Shown here piece after piece: positions 42,718 to 56,281 of a stretch of 64,000 nt of DNA. The notes below the pieces were generated by a model, which saw only the letters and a program-made list of their open reading frames with translations, did not search any database and was not told the origin of the DNA. The position numbers were made by a program, and so were the translations under genes. Origin of the DNA: the human T2T-CHM13v2.0 reference genome, Homo sapiens; the NCBI RefSeq assembly GCF_009914755.1, contig NC_060929.1. The stretch is one strand, 5' to 3'. The number at the start of each line of letters is the position of its first letter. Position 1 is the first letter of the stretch.

Positions 42718-44050
42718 GATAAGGTTAGATGGCTTAGGTTCCATTTCAATAAAGATTTCTAGAAAATGTTAAGATGAAAGCAGACGTTTCCATAGCTGGA
42801 GAACAGTGTACAGCAGTACCTAGGATAGTCCCTGAAACAGAGGGAGGGTCCATAATTAGTGTGGACTGAACTCAGAGCTTTGCCCTCTATCCCACTTGAT
42901 TGCCTGTGGGATCACACGAGTTTTTTCTGGTGCAGGACTGTGTGCACCAAGTGCATGCCTGTATGTGTGAAAGGGGGGATGGGAAATAGAATTATCATTC
43001 CAGATCTCTGTGTGTGTGCATAGAAAATAATGCAGTAATTTGCTGGAAGGATACACTCATATTTTTTTCCACATTGACCTTCTGTCTCCAAACTGGTGAT
43101 TTGTTTATTGAACAAGTACACATTAAGGTCATAAATTGTGGTTATGTTGTTTCTTTGCTACAAAGGATAATTTTTAAAATATCACTGCAGTGTTAAATCT
43201 AAGGATGCAGGGCTCTTGAATATTAAGTATCAACTTGCTACCCAGAAAGGGACCAAATGAATGATTAGTAATCTGCTTATACAGCAGAAATAGCTAGTCT
43301 ACTTTATGTAAAATTTAGAAGGCATTAAGAGCCTAAAAATGCATTAGAGGTTTTTTTTCGCTTGACATACAATCAGTAATAACAAATAGTCATAAAATCA
43401 CAATTATTGTTTCAAAGTTCGCTGACAATGACACACAACCCTTGTCCTTTACAAAGTTTTCTACATTGCAATCAGCATCCTGGGGGGCTGTAATCAGGAA
43501 TGGGTTAGTGCTGTGTGAGTTGACATTTCCTATAACTTCAACTCTAAAGATCCAATCAGAATTTATTGCAAGCACTATGTATAGCAACCTTTGACTGCTA
43601 CAGCAACCAGAAGTTAAATTTCTTTATGTGTGTGAGGAGAGTGATTAACTTCAGGAGCGAGTTCATCTTCAGTATCAGCAATCAAAACTGGAATGCAGCC
43701 TCACACCTAAAAATCAAAATAAGGTTGATGGTACTGCTCTATTATCAAATAAGATGATCTATTTTGCTGGTAACAATTTCATGAATTTAATTAAAACTAT
43801 CAGCGTAAGCATAGGGTTTTTTCATCTCTCTCAAGTTTTCATCTAAAAAAATTCTCCAGGTAATTTTTTAAAAAACTTTAAAACTTATATCTTGATTGAT
43901 GGTTAAAATATATTCATGATAAACCTAGAAAGAACTGTGTAGGTATACTTTATTGGCAAAGATATGCTATAGAGAATATGGGTATATTATGTAACCAACA
44001 TAAGATTTAGTGGAAAAGAAGACTGAACATTTATATGCAGTCTGCACCAA

Positions 44051-44055
<5 letters not shown>

Positions 44056-44090
<35 letters not shown>

Positions 44091-44517
44091 TTTTTAAGAC
44101 AGAGTCTTGCTCTGCTGCCCAGGCTGGAGTGCAGTGGCTTGATCTCTATCAGGAGTTCAAGACCAGCCTGGCCAACATGGTGAAACCCTGTCTCTACTAA
44201 AAATACAAAAATTAGCCGGGTGTGGTGGCACAACCTGTAGTCCCAGCTACTCAGGAGGCTGAGGCAGGAGAATGGCGTGGCCCTGCGAGGCGGAGTTTGC
44301 AGTGAGCCGAGATTGATCCACTGCACTCCAGCTTGAGTGACAGAGCGAGACTCCATCTTAAAAAAAAAAAAAGAGCCCAGCTGATGTTTTTGAATTTTTA
44401 GTAGAGACGAGGTTTCACCATGTTAGCCAGGATGGTCTTGATCTCCTGACCTCGTGATCCTCCCGCCTCGGCCTCCCAAAGTGCTGGGATTACAAGCGTG
44501 AGCCACCGCACCCAGCC
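44056..44517 (-). mobile_element. Alu (Sc/Y-like left monomer) with (TG)n tail, interrupted by an inverted Alu
   Basis: (TG)n 44056-44088; right-monomer end 44090-44146; left monomer 44375-44517 with ttagccaggatggtcttgatctcctgacctcgtgatc. Confidence 0.88.
44149..44372 (+). mobile_element. 5'-truncated Alu nested in opposite orientation
   Basis: tcaggagttcaagaccagcctggccaacatgg...gaatggcgtg...gagcgagactccatct plus poly(A). Confidence 0.9.
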
Positions 44518-47248
44518 AAAAATATTTTTCAGTTGAATCCTGTTTTGAATATGATTTATCATCTATGATGAGAGTACGGGAACCACCAAGTTGTTCTCCA
44601 TAGGACTGAATGCATTTATCATTTATAAATGGGGCTTATGATAAGCTCAAACACATTTTTCCTATTCTACTGGAGAAATATGATAGGCATAGTTCATTTG
44701 AATAACTGTGAGTGCTAGTTTGGAAGTTTTGTTTAATGTTCTAAGAAGGGGAGATATTGTTGTCTGCAATATAACCATTTGTTTTATTCCATTAACCAAA
44801 CAATACTCAACAGAAAGTCTTGCACATAAGATGCAAACAACAAATACTAGCTCAATGAATGAAACAGTTGAAATGAATCTTATGAGTGAGTTTGCTTCTA
44901 CATGAGCTATAAAAATAGTAGAAGCTCCAGCTGAAATAAGTAATTTAATGCTTGTATTAAGAAAAACAGAAAATATCTAGAGAAGTGGAAAATATCTTGT
45001 TCTGTGTTCTAAAAATATGACCTATCTCCCACATACATCCCAATATTTTGCAATTGCTGCAGGTGATTCTCTGACTTTTCAAATATGAAACAAAATTAAG
45101 TCATACGGGCTATTTGGAATGAGAATAATTAGCTATACATCAATCTCAGTTGCATATTTAATATAGCTCATATAAATAGAACTACATAAAACTGATGCAT
45201 TATTTAAATTGTGTATTGAAAATATATTCATTTTGACTGTAGGCATATTGGTTATTGTAAGTGGTTTATATTTGAATCCGTAATGTATGATTTAAAGAAT
45301 TTCATTTTAAAACTCAGGGTACTAGTAAAACTGCAAAATGTAGATTATTTTATGCAAAGTTTACACATAAACTCTGACTATACTTTCTCACAATAATATA
45401 AAAAATCATCAGAAAAAAAGTTTAACAAAGTGGCATGATTGAATACTCCTGATAAAAGGCTCTAGACTTTCCATAAAGGAAGAAAATATGAGAAGGAAAG
45501 TTTAATATTTCTGGAATAAGTGAATAAAAAACACTTTGTTAGGGTCACAAGAAGAAAAATTGAAAGCCTTTCATCTTAATGACACCTATGCCATTAAGAG
45601 TGGCCAATGACAGCCTTAGGTGTATCCCATGAATTTTCAGAAAGAGCAAATAGAGTTGATTCCTCTAAGTGTTCATAGTGCCTGCCCAGGGATCCACCTC
45701 TATCCTCTTCAGATGAACATGGGCTTTGTCTAGGAAGGCAGTTTATAGTCTTGCCTGCTCCGGGTCTCTTATTCAGGTATACTTTACTGAAATTCACATG
45801 GAATCTTTCTCTGTCACTGGCAAGTGAGGCTACTTTTAAATACTGTAAATGCTGCAGCTTCTCAACCTCAGATAAATTCTATCTATAACTGTTTATATGC
45901 ACCTATCTTAGCAAATTCAGGTTCCATTAAATCATTTTACAAAGATCTGCATCATATGGCAATTAGAAAGTATAGCCTGTATACAAGAATAGGTCACATT
46001 CTGGATAATAAGATTATCTTAGTGAAAGGATTAATGTTCTCCCCTGATTTTAAGATATGGAAGTTTTTTTAAATAAATGATTTCTTTCATCTATTTTTAT
46101 GAAAGCATTATCATTTTATGAGCTTGCACATTGAGATCAAAGGCTTGCTATTGTTTTGTGTATGGACCATATGTTACAATTTAATAAATACATAGAATTA
46201 TAAAATCTATAAAACTAGGCCTTGGAATCCAAGCATCAGGAGAGAGGTGGTTCTCAATATTATATATGGATCTTGACTATATCAAAAGCTAATTTGGCTC
46301 AATAAAAATATAAAATATCTCCAAACATTTGATAATGATCTCTAAAACAGCTATGTGTTTTAATTATAAAATAAAACTTTAAAATCACAATAAGTTAAAA
46401 ATTATAAGTAGATAGAATGTTGTAAAATAGGAATCAATGTAATAAAAAATATAAATAGGCATGATTTCTACTCTTAAAAATGGAATAGTTTAGGTATCTG
46501 TATGTGAAATAAAAATAAAAATAATATGTATACATAAATGACACCTTTGAAAAGGGAGAGAAAAGATGTGGAAGAGAGAGAGAAAGAAAGAGATATTCAA
46601 TATTTCTGTGTCTTGGAGAGATTGGGATAGGTGATTACACCATTTAAACTTCAGGAATGATCACCATCTCAGGTTTGATTCAAAGTTTGAGTAGCAACTG
46701 CAGGCCCTCAGCATAAGATATAATGATAATTTCTTGCATAAGTATTTCTTAGGATGTTTGTGGCAGTCTGTTTCTCTTCCCTACAGGTTCCCAAACATAA
46801 TTGAGTCCCCATCCTTTACAGTAACAGAATAGAGCACTAGCTTAACCCTAATCAGCATTTCTTCTGTCCTGAACTATTATATGAGTTATATTCCATCATG
46901 ATCCTTGTGTACATTTCTAATTCTAAAATACTTAAGTAATCAGAATTTTTATGTAATAGGTTAATTCAGTGTCTATTCAATACACATACAAGCACAGGCA
47001 TACTCACTGATTATATGCACATCATTAATCTCTTATTACACTCATATTTTGCATTAGGTTATATATCCTCATCCATATTGTCTTATTCAATGTTCCCAAA
47101 TAACCTGCAATTGATCTATGAAAGGCTAGTTAGAGTTTCCAAACTATATTTCAAAAAATATGTAGTCAGGATCCAGGGAGTGTACAGAATCCAACTTCAG
47201 TGTTCAACTATACAACACAGCTCATATTCTAAGATACAACTTTATACC

Positions 47249-47455
47249 TGTTATGGACTGAATGTTTGTTTCCCCAAAAATTTTATAAGTTAAATCCCTA
47301 ATCCCCAATTTGTTAGTATTTGTAGATGGGGCCTTTGAGAGGTAATTAGTTCATAAGGGTAAGCCCTCACGAATGGGATCAGTTCTCTTATAAGAAGATG
47401 AAGACACATGAGAGAGATGATGTCTCTCTTTCTCCATGTGTGTGTGTGTGTGTGT

Positions 47456-47493
<38 letters not shown>

Positions 47494-47677
47494 CTATCTC
47501 TTCATCTCTCTCTCTGCCATGTGAGGACATAGCAAGAAAGTAGTCATCTATAAATCAGGAGGAGATTCCTCATCACAATAGTGCAATAATCTTGGACTTC
47601 CCAGTCTTCAGAACTGTGAGAAATGTTTGTTGTTTAAGCCACCCAGTCTATGATATCATTAATAGCAGCCCAAACTG
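47249..47677 (+). mobile_element. MLT1A/MLT1A0 solo LTR with internal (TG)n
   Basis: tgttatggactgaatgtttgt start; gccatgtgaggaca; tgtttaagccacccagtcta..tagcagcccaaactg end; (TG)n at 47437-47490. Confidence 0.88.
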
Positions 47678-47825
47678 GGGGTGGTTGATGAGATATTACT
47701 TATTAGGTACAGTGTACGCTATTAAGGTGACAGTTGCACTGAAAACCAAGACTTCACCGCTAGGAAATATACCTATGTAACAAAAGTGTACTTGTACCCC
47801 TTAAATGTATACAAACTTAAGAATA
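47678..47825 (+). mobile_element. L1 3' end (L1PB4/L1MA-like)
   Basis: gacttcacc.cta...atat..ctatgtaacaaaa.tg.acttgtacccc. Confidence 0.8.
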
Positions 47826-48099
47826 CATTCAATTAATTTGAGATATTTATGAATTATTACAATTTTTTTCTAGAAATACTTATGCCCTCTTTTGTCTTTC
47901 GTCTTTCGAAAGAGTAAGATACAATTATATTTTTGTAAAGTAGCAATCATCTTATACTCCATAAAAATTAATTTGCTTCTGAGTGAATACAATTCTGTAC
48001 AACTTATACTACAAACCAGGGTTCCTAACCAAACTTTATTTGTTTAATAAGAGTATCTGTGCTGTATTCACATGAACCAAACAACATCAATGTGTTCAA

Positions 48100-48247
48100 C
48101 AGCACATATCTAAACAACTGAAATACCGTATCTAGACATTTCTACAAATAAAAAAGTATAGTAAAATCATAACGTTACAATCTTATGCGACCACCATTGT
48201 ATTATGGTGCATTGTCGACTGAAACATAGTTGTGTAGCGCATGACTG
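48100..48247 (+). mobile_element. Tigger3-type DNA transposon end
   Basis: aatcttatgcgaccaccattgtat...gactgaaacatagttgtgtagcgcatgactg terminal sequence. Confidence 0.75.
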
Positions 48248-49867
48248 TGTGTGTATATGCCTGTGTGTCTCTCTGTGTATACAAACAGTGTTTGGGGAGA
48301 TAGAGAGATTTCATTTTTGTTTAAGTTATTTAAATGGTTATTACCTTTTCCTTTAATTTCTGGGGTTTTCATGCACAGTTTCTATACAGAGAAGGATTGT
48401 GAGCAGAAAGCACTCTCTTTTAATGTGTGCATTTGCTCTTGCTTAGGATGACTGCTTCACAAACTAAGAATGACAGTCTCCTGTGGGTCTTTTGCAAGCA
48501 CAGGTATGCTGATAGCAAATCCATACTGCCAATCAATTTCAGTGGACTCCCAGGCTTGTACATGTATTTGTATCTAAACATTCCCAGTAGAAAGGGCTTT
48601 CATTTATCTCCCAGGAAAAGTCTATGGGCCTTGTTTCCATCATAGTTTCTTTAAAATCCATACTTGTGTAACTCTTTAGTTACTATCTGATTCAGAGAAA
48701 AAAATTAGGAAATAGAAATTTTGTTAGAAAAGTGCAAAAAATTTAAGTAAACAAAGTGTGGAAACAAAGTGAGGAAACAAAGTGAGAAAAAAAGAAAAAA
48801 AAATGAGCAAAAAAATAAGCATCGATCAAGAAATCCCAAAAAGACAAATAGTAATTGTGGTCAGTAAAATTATTGTAAATGATAAAAAAAAATTAACTAA
48901 GGATACAGATACAGAAAAAGATAAAAATATGGCTAAAATATCAAATTTTAAATCTTGTATATTTGGGAAAATCTCTAGTTAGCAAAGTGGGAAATTTATG
49001 TGTTTTAAAAAATGACTGAGGTTTAATCAGATAGCTCTGTGAAGGACAACTTCTCTTGGAGGAAAAAAAATCCCTGCTGTATATATCTCCTGAAAAAGGA
49101 TAAAATATCCTGTTTGTGTCAGTGTGTCAGTGAACAAAAGTAAGGCAAAGAAGATTCATATTTCTCTGCATAGTAATATTTGAGTTTCTGTGAACATTCT
49201 GGAAGACAGTGAAAAGATAGAAACAAACAAAAAAATATGGCCCAAAGAGTGAGGGAGATGAGACCCTTATGAAATAAAAACAGGAGATTTAGTCTCCTAA
49301 GACACAGAGTTATGAGGAATTTGGAGGTATTTAATTTGTTTCAAGTTGACCCCTTTGGTCATAGATCACAATTATCTCCCATATTCCCTCAAAATTTAGA
49401 AAAAGTCTGGTTCCCCCGAAGTCCTGTATTAACAGTGTTTGGGGGCAATGAAGGCATATTGGCTCTATTGTCCAGCAAGAATAAAGAGAAGATAGTACCG
49501 CTTAGAGATAAAATTGATTTATGACTGGGCAAGCAGGGGACAAGTTTCTTCTCAGCTCTCCTTTCTGAGGAGAGCAAAGATCACCTGGTGGCCATCAAGC
49601 AGACCAGACAGAGACAAAACTCTTTATCTGAGGAATTTAGAAATAATGAGACTTCCCTATTATCTAAAACCAGCATCTGGTACCAGGCTTCTTTCCCAGA
49701 AAAGTATAAGTAACTAAAATTTCTATACATCTACGGAATGCATGCATGTTGAAACGTATTGTGCAAGTCTTGCTCACATCAAGGCACCAAAATGTCTACA
49801 AATATAATCATTTATCATGACCTAAGTGGCTAATATGGTCCAAATTACCCTTAAGCTCCTGCTTTAA

Positions 49868-50288
<421 letters not shown>

Positions 50289-50538
50289 TAACTAACAAAA
50301 CGTCCCTTTCAGCCGGGCGTGGTGGCTCACACCTGTAATCCCAGCACTTTGGGAGTCCAAGACAGGTTGATCAGCTGAGGTCAGGAGTTCAAGACCAGCC
50401 TGGCCAACATGGTAAAACCCCGTCTCTACTAAAAATACAAAAATTAGCTGGGTCTGTAGTGGCGTGCACCTGTAATCCCAGGCACTCAGGAGGCTGACTC
50501 ACGAGAATCACTTGAACCCGGGAGGTGGAGTTTCAGTG

Positions 50539-51010
50539 TGTTGGGAACAGGCTCCCAAATCTGGCCATAAGCAGGCCCCAAAACTGGCCATAAACAAAAT
50601 CTCTGCAGCACTGTGACATGCTCATGATTGCTATGGCACCCACACTGAAGGTTGTTGGTTTACCGGAATGAGAGCAAGGAACACCTGGCCCACCCAGGGC
50701 AGAAAACCACTTAAGGCATTCCTGAACCACAAACAATAGCATGAGCGATCTGTGCCTTAAGGACATGTTCCTGCTGCAGATAACTAGCCAGAGCCCATCC
50801 CTTTGTTTCCTGTTTTAGTTAATCTATAATTTATAGAAACAATGCTCATCACTGGCTTGCTGTCAATAAATATGTGCGTTCATGGCTCTCAGCTCTGAAG
50901 GCTGTCAGCCCCGATTCCTACTCCGCACTCCATATTTCTCTGTGTGTGTGTGTCTTTAATTCCTCTAGCTCCGCTGGGGTAGGGTCTCCACGACTGAGCT
51001 GGTCTCGGCA
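50539..51010 (+). promoter_or_regulatory. 5' LTR (MER9)
   Basis: TGTTGGGAACAGGC...GGTCTCGGCA; AATAAA at 50865-50870. Confidence 0.95.
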
Positions 51011-51012
51011 AG

Positions 51013-51031
51013 TGGTGCCTATACATGGGGC
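51013..51031 (+). other. Primer binding site, decayed tRNA-Lys type
   Basis: TGGTGCCTATACATGGGGC 2 nt after the LTR; resembles TGGCGCCCAACGTGGGGC. Confidence 0.75.
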
Positions 51032-51160
51032 TCAAACCTGGGTCGAAGGGTTGCCAGAGTGACGGTTGGAGAACATGGAACTAAGCTGGAGGACACCTGA
51101 GTACTCTTAAGCAATCCCTGTGGTGAGTAAGAAGGGGAGCTTGGAAGCATCAGGGTAACA

Positions 51161-51702
51161 ATGGGCAAGTGTGGGCTCTGGTTCATTCCACTTTGGAACC
51201 TTTTCACAATGATGATGAGGAGGAAGGAGAGTATAACTAAGTAACAGAAGAGGTGACAGAGCAGGTTTGTTTGCCAGCTAAAGCTAAAGCGGCAAAGGAG
51301 GGAGAGGTTTGTCCCTACCCTTCTGCACCCCCTCATTATTTTGAAGAAAAAGGGTGGCCTGACCCTCCAGATCTTTCTTTTGTGGAGGACACAGGGCAAA
51401 AAGTAGTTGCCCCAGTGACTGTTCAAGCAGTGCCTCGAGTGACTGCTCTCAGTTCTATTCAGCCAGGAATTTAGCAAGCTAGAAGAGAGGGTGATATAGA
51501 GGCTTGGCAGTTCCCCATTAGGACACACACACCCCCTGCCCCCCCTGCCCCCCGCCGATCAACAGGGAAATATTATAGCTACATTTGAGCCTTTTCCTTT
51601 TAAAATACTTAAAGGATTTAAACAAGCTATTAATCAATATGGACTAGGTTCTCCTTTTGTAATGGGACTGTTAAAGAATGTTGCTGTCTCCAGTCAGATG
51701 AT
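51161..51702 (+). pseudogene. gag: gag relic (acidic region, late domain, CA N-terminus; remainder deleted)
   Basis: YPSAPPHY late motifs in ORF 51253-51474; FEPFPFKILKGFKQAINQYGLGSPFVMGLL capsid start; stops and frameshifts. Confidence 0.85.
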
Positions 51703-52428
51703 GCCAGCAGGGGCTATAGGATTACTTCTAGGTAGATCTAGTTTAAATTTAAAAGGAGTGCAAGTACAAACAGGAGTCATTGATTCAGATTACAATGGGG
51801 AAATTCAAATTATTATATCTACTTCTGTTCCCTGGAAAGCAGAGCCAGGAGAGGGTATAGCACAGCTCCTGATTGTGTCATATGTGGAAATCAGAAAAGT
51901 GAAATTAAACGAACAGGAGGATCTGGAGGCACAAATAAACAAGGCAAAGCAGCTTATTGGGTGAATCAAATTACTGATAAATGTCCTACCTGTGAAATAA
52001 CTATTCAGGGAAAGAAATATAAAGGTTTGGTAGATACAGGAGCAGACATTTCAATCATTTCTCTTTAGCACTGGCTGTCCACATGGCCAGTTTAACCTGC
52101 TCATTTTAACATAGTTGGAGTTTGTAAAGCTCCTGAAGTATATCAAAGTAGTTATATTTTGCTCTGTGAATGGCCTGATGGACAACCTGGGACTATTCAA
52201 CCAGTTATAACTTTTGTACCTATAGATTTATGGGGAAAAGATTTATTACAACAATGGGGAGCACAAGTTCTAATTCCAGAGCAATTATACAGCCCTCAAG
52301 GTCAACATATGATACGTGAAGAGGGGTATGTCCCTGGTATGGGACGAGGAAAAAAATTGCAAGATTTGAAGGAATTGCGTCAAGCAGAAAGACAAAGTTC
52401 CCGCCAAAGTTTAGGATATTATTTTTGA
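51703..52428 (+). pseudogene. pro: pro relic: dUTPase (motif I missing), aspartic protease, G-patch
   Basis: GRSS, GVIDSDYNGE, IAQL, frameshifted RTGGSG; DTGAD at 52033-52047; GYVPGMGRGK. Confidence 0.9.
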
Positions 52429-55000
52429 TGGCAGCCATTGTTAAGCCTCCAGAACCTATACCTTAAAATGGTTAACAGATAAGCCAATTTGGATAGAACA
52501 TTGGTCACTAAGTAAAGAGAAACTGGAGGCTTTAGAGGACTTAGTTACTGAACAATTAGAAAAAGGTCACATAGCTCCAACATTTTCCCCCTGGAATTCT
52601 CTAGTCTTTGTTATTAAGAAAAAATCAGGTAAATGGAGAATGTTGACAGATCTTAGAGCCATTAATTCAGTTATACAATCTATAGGGGCATTACAGCCAG
52701 GATTGCCTTCTCCTGTTATAAGCCCAAAAAATTGGCCTTTAATAGACATAGATTTAAAAGACTGTTTCTTTACTATTCCCTTAGCTGAGCAGGACTGTGA
52801 ACGGTTTGCATTTACAATTCCTGCAGTAAACAACCTGCAGCCTGCTAAGCGTTTTCACTGGAAAGTGTTGCCACAAGTCATGTTAAACAGTCTAACAATT
52901 TGCCAGACTTATGTACGGCAAGCAGCTGAACTTACTCGTAAAAAATTTTCACAGTGTTACCTTATTACGTGGATGATATACTTTGTGCTGCCCCCACTTG
53001 AGAAATATTACTCCAACGTTATGATCACTTGCAAAATTTGATTTCTCACACTGGTTTAATTATAGCTCTGGACAAAATTCAGACTACTACTCCTTACTCC
53101 TACTTGGGGACCTTAGCAAATAACACTACAATTGTGCCACAGAAAGTAACCATATGTAGGGATCAATTGAAAACATTAAATGACTTCCAAAAATTACTAG
53201 GGGATATTAATTGGATACGACCTGCCCTAGGCATTCCTACCTATGCCACGAGTAATCCATTTGCTATCCTTAGAGGAGATCCTAGTCTCAGTTGCCCTCA
53301 ACAATTAACAAAGGAGGCTGAGACAGTGTTACAGCTAATTGAGAAGCAAGTGCATAAGACTCAAATAGATAAAATAGATCCAGAGAATACTCTAGATTTG
53401 CTAATTTTTTCAACTCAGCATTCACCTACTGGTGTTATTGTTCAAGAGCAGGATCTTGTAGAGTGGCTTTTTCTTCCACATACTAATTCATGGACTTTGA
53501 CTCCTTATTTGGATCAAATCACTACTGTGATAGGAAATGGGAGAACTCGGATTGTTAAATTACATGGATATGATCCTGGAAAAATTATTGTCCCTCTCAT
53601 GAAGGCACAAATACAGCAAGCTTTTATAGTCTTACTTGGCAAACCCATTTAGCTGACTTTGTGGGTATTCTTGATAACCATTTTCCTAAAATGAAACTGT
53701 TTCAATTTTTGAAATTAACTAATTGGATTCTCCCTAAAATAACTAAATTTATACCAATTGAAGGTGCTGAAAATGTCTTCACAGATGGGTCTAGTAATGG
53801 TAAAGCTTCTTATCCTGGCTCAAAATGTAAAGTTTTCCAGACGCCCTATACTTTAGCTCCAAAAGTGGAGCTCGTAGCTGTAATTGAGGTATTGACTGCT
53901 TTTGATATGCATATTAATGTGATTTCTGATTCTTCATATGTGGTTCATTCCACACAATTAACTGAAAATGCTCAGTTACGATTTCATACAGATGAGCAAC
54001 TGATAACTTTGTTTACCCAATTGCAAACAGCAGTTAGGAGTAGAATGTACCCTTTTACATCACTCATATTAGGGCTCATACACCTCTTCCAGGACTTTTG
54101 ACTGCAGGGAATCAAATGGCTGATCGCCTAGTTGCTACTGCAATATCTAATGCCAGACACTTTCGCAATTTAACCCATGTTAATGCCTCTGGTCTCAAAC
54201 GCAGATACAGCATTACCTGGAAAAAAGCTAAAGCTATTATCCAGCATTGCCCAACTTGCCACATGGTGCATTCCTCATCTTTTACAGGAGGAGTTAATCC
54301 TTGAGGATTGGAACCTAATTCTCTTTGGCAAATGGACATCACACATGTTCCCTGATTTGGGAGACTAGCTTATGTACATGTATGTGTGGACACCTTTTCT
54401 CACTTTGTCTGGGCTACATGCCAATCAGGACAGTCTTCTGCCTGTGTTAAATGTCACCTTTTGCAGTGTTTTGCAGTGATGGGCATTCCAGCTTCTATTA
54501 AAACAGACAATGCCCCAGGCTATACTAGCCAAATTCCAGCTACATTTTTATCTACATGGAATATTAAACACATTACTGGTATCCCATATAATTCTCAAGG
54601 ACAAGCCATAGTGGAAAGAATGAATCTCTCCCTGAAACCACAGTCACAAAAGCAAAAGAGGGGAAATAGGGACTACGGGACTCCACATATACAACTGAAT
54701 CTAGCATTATTGACTTTAAATTTTTTGAGCCTGCCTAAAGGCCAGATGCTATCAGCAGCTAAAAAGCATCTACAGAAACCAGCTGTAAAGACAGAAGCAG
54801 AGCAACTGGTTTGGTGGAGAGATCCGATAACAAAAGGTTGGGAAATAGGTAAAATAATAACTTGGGGTAGAGACTATGCTTGTGTTTCTCCAGGACTGAA
54901 TCAACAGCCAATTTGGGCACCATCGAGACATCTAAAGCCGTACTATGAGCCAGCTACCCAGGAAGAGGTTTTGGGAGGATCCCAAAGACCCATCATTGGC
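52428..55000 (+). pseudogene. pol: pol relic: RT, RNase H, integrase (multiple frameshifts and stops)
   Basis: [18 protein letters not shown] near 52966, FTDGS, H..H/CPTC zinc finger, DTFS/KTDN/VERMN catalytic motifs. Confidence 0.93.
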
Positions 55001-55016
55001 AGCATTGCTCAAGTTC

Positions 55017-56207
55017 ATGCTGAGGAGGACCCCAACTGTCACGAGCAACACCCGTTGAACACAGCCACCTACCTGGGGACAGATCAAGAAGCTGTTGCAG
55101 ATGGTGGAAGAAAACCTGAGGAAAGCAGGACAACCAGTCACAATGAGTAACTTAATGATAGCTATGATAGTGGTGATCACCATTGCCTAGAGTATTCCTT
55201 TAACAAGGGCTGACACAGAGAACAATTATACTTATTGGGCATATTTACCTTTTCCACCACTTCTACGGCCTGTAACTTGGCTGGACCCCCCAGTGGAGGT
55301 ATACACTAATGATAGCTCTTGGATGTTCAGTCCTACAGATGATAGAGGCCCATCTCACCCACATGAGGAAGGAACTGTTATGAATATTTCTTTAGGATTT
55401 GAACATCTGCCTATCTGTTTGGGAAAGGCCACTAGTTGCCTACACCTTCACTATCAATCTTGGCTGGCAATAATGCCTGGATGTAATCACTCTATGACAC
55501 AGTTACACTTGCTTTCTGGTCTTAGTATTTACCATAATAAATCTGCTCCTATAACTGAGGCATACCACATCAAAAACCTATTTGTAAACAGGATTGGACC
55601 TGGTCAGAAAAAATAAATGTGCTTGTTTGGGAAGATTGCATTGCAGAACAGGCAGAGGTGCTGCACAATAATTCCCATGGAATCATTACTGAATAGTCCC
55701 CTAAGGGGATGTTTAGCTTGAATTGCACTTCTCCATCTGCATGCCATGGCCACACTATGTTCAGCTGGTCTGAATAAAATAGTCAGATGGTAGAAATGGT
55801 TAAGAAGTGTGGCAAGAGTTCCTATTATCTGGAAACATGGCGGTATAGTGGCACCTCAACCTCAAATGATATGGCCCACTCTAGGAGCTAAACATAAGGA
55901 TTTGTGGAAACTATTAATGGCTCTTAGTAAGATCAAAATTTGGGAAATAATGAAAAAGCATCTAGAAGGACACTCTACAAACTTGCCTTTGGATATTGCA
56001 AAATTAAAAGAACAAATATTTAAAGCATCCCAGGCACACCTGATCTTACTGTCAGGAACTGGAGTGCTTGAAGGAGCTGCAGATGGATTAGTAGCTATTA
56101 ACCCATTTAAATGGATAAAAACACCTGGAGGCTCTGTGATTTCAATGATGACTGTGCTTTTAATTTGTGTTGTTTGTCTTTATATACTCTGCAGATGTGG
56201 ATCGTGA
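55017..56207 (+). pseudogene. env: env relic with internal SU-TM deletion
   Basis: PTWGQIKKL signal-peptide segment, NYTYWAYLPFPP, VEVYTNDS, LDIAKLKEQIFKASQAHL, hydrophobic TM; several stops. Confidence 0.88.
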
Positions 56208-56262
56208 TTCCTGTGAGAAGTAGCTCATGGAGATAAAGCTGCCTTTGCTTTTATCATCTTGC

Positions 56263-56279
56263 AAAAAAAAAGGGGGGGA
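56263..56279 (+). other. Polypurine tract
   Basis: AAAAAAAAAGGGGGGGA just upstream of the 3' LTR. Confidence 0.9.
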
Positions 56280-56281
56280 CA

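Noticed and set aside
46769-46830. Strong plus-strand acceptor tttctcttccctacag|g
   Set aside because: No matching donor or ORF; isolated acceptors are common
51019-51528. 169-aa antisense ORF over leader/gag
   Set aside because: Non-ATG start, no domain; shadow of a purine-rich sense strand
54386-55150. 254-aa integrase ORF as a functional gene
   Set aside because: GTG start; zinc finger and first catalytic Asp region are separated by stops
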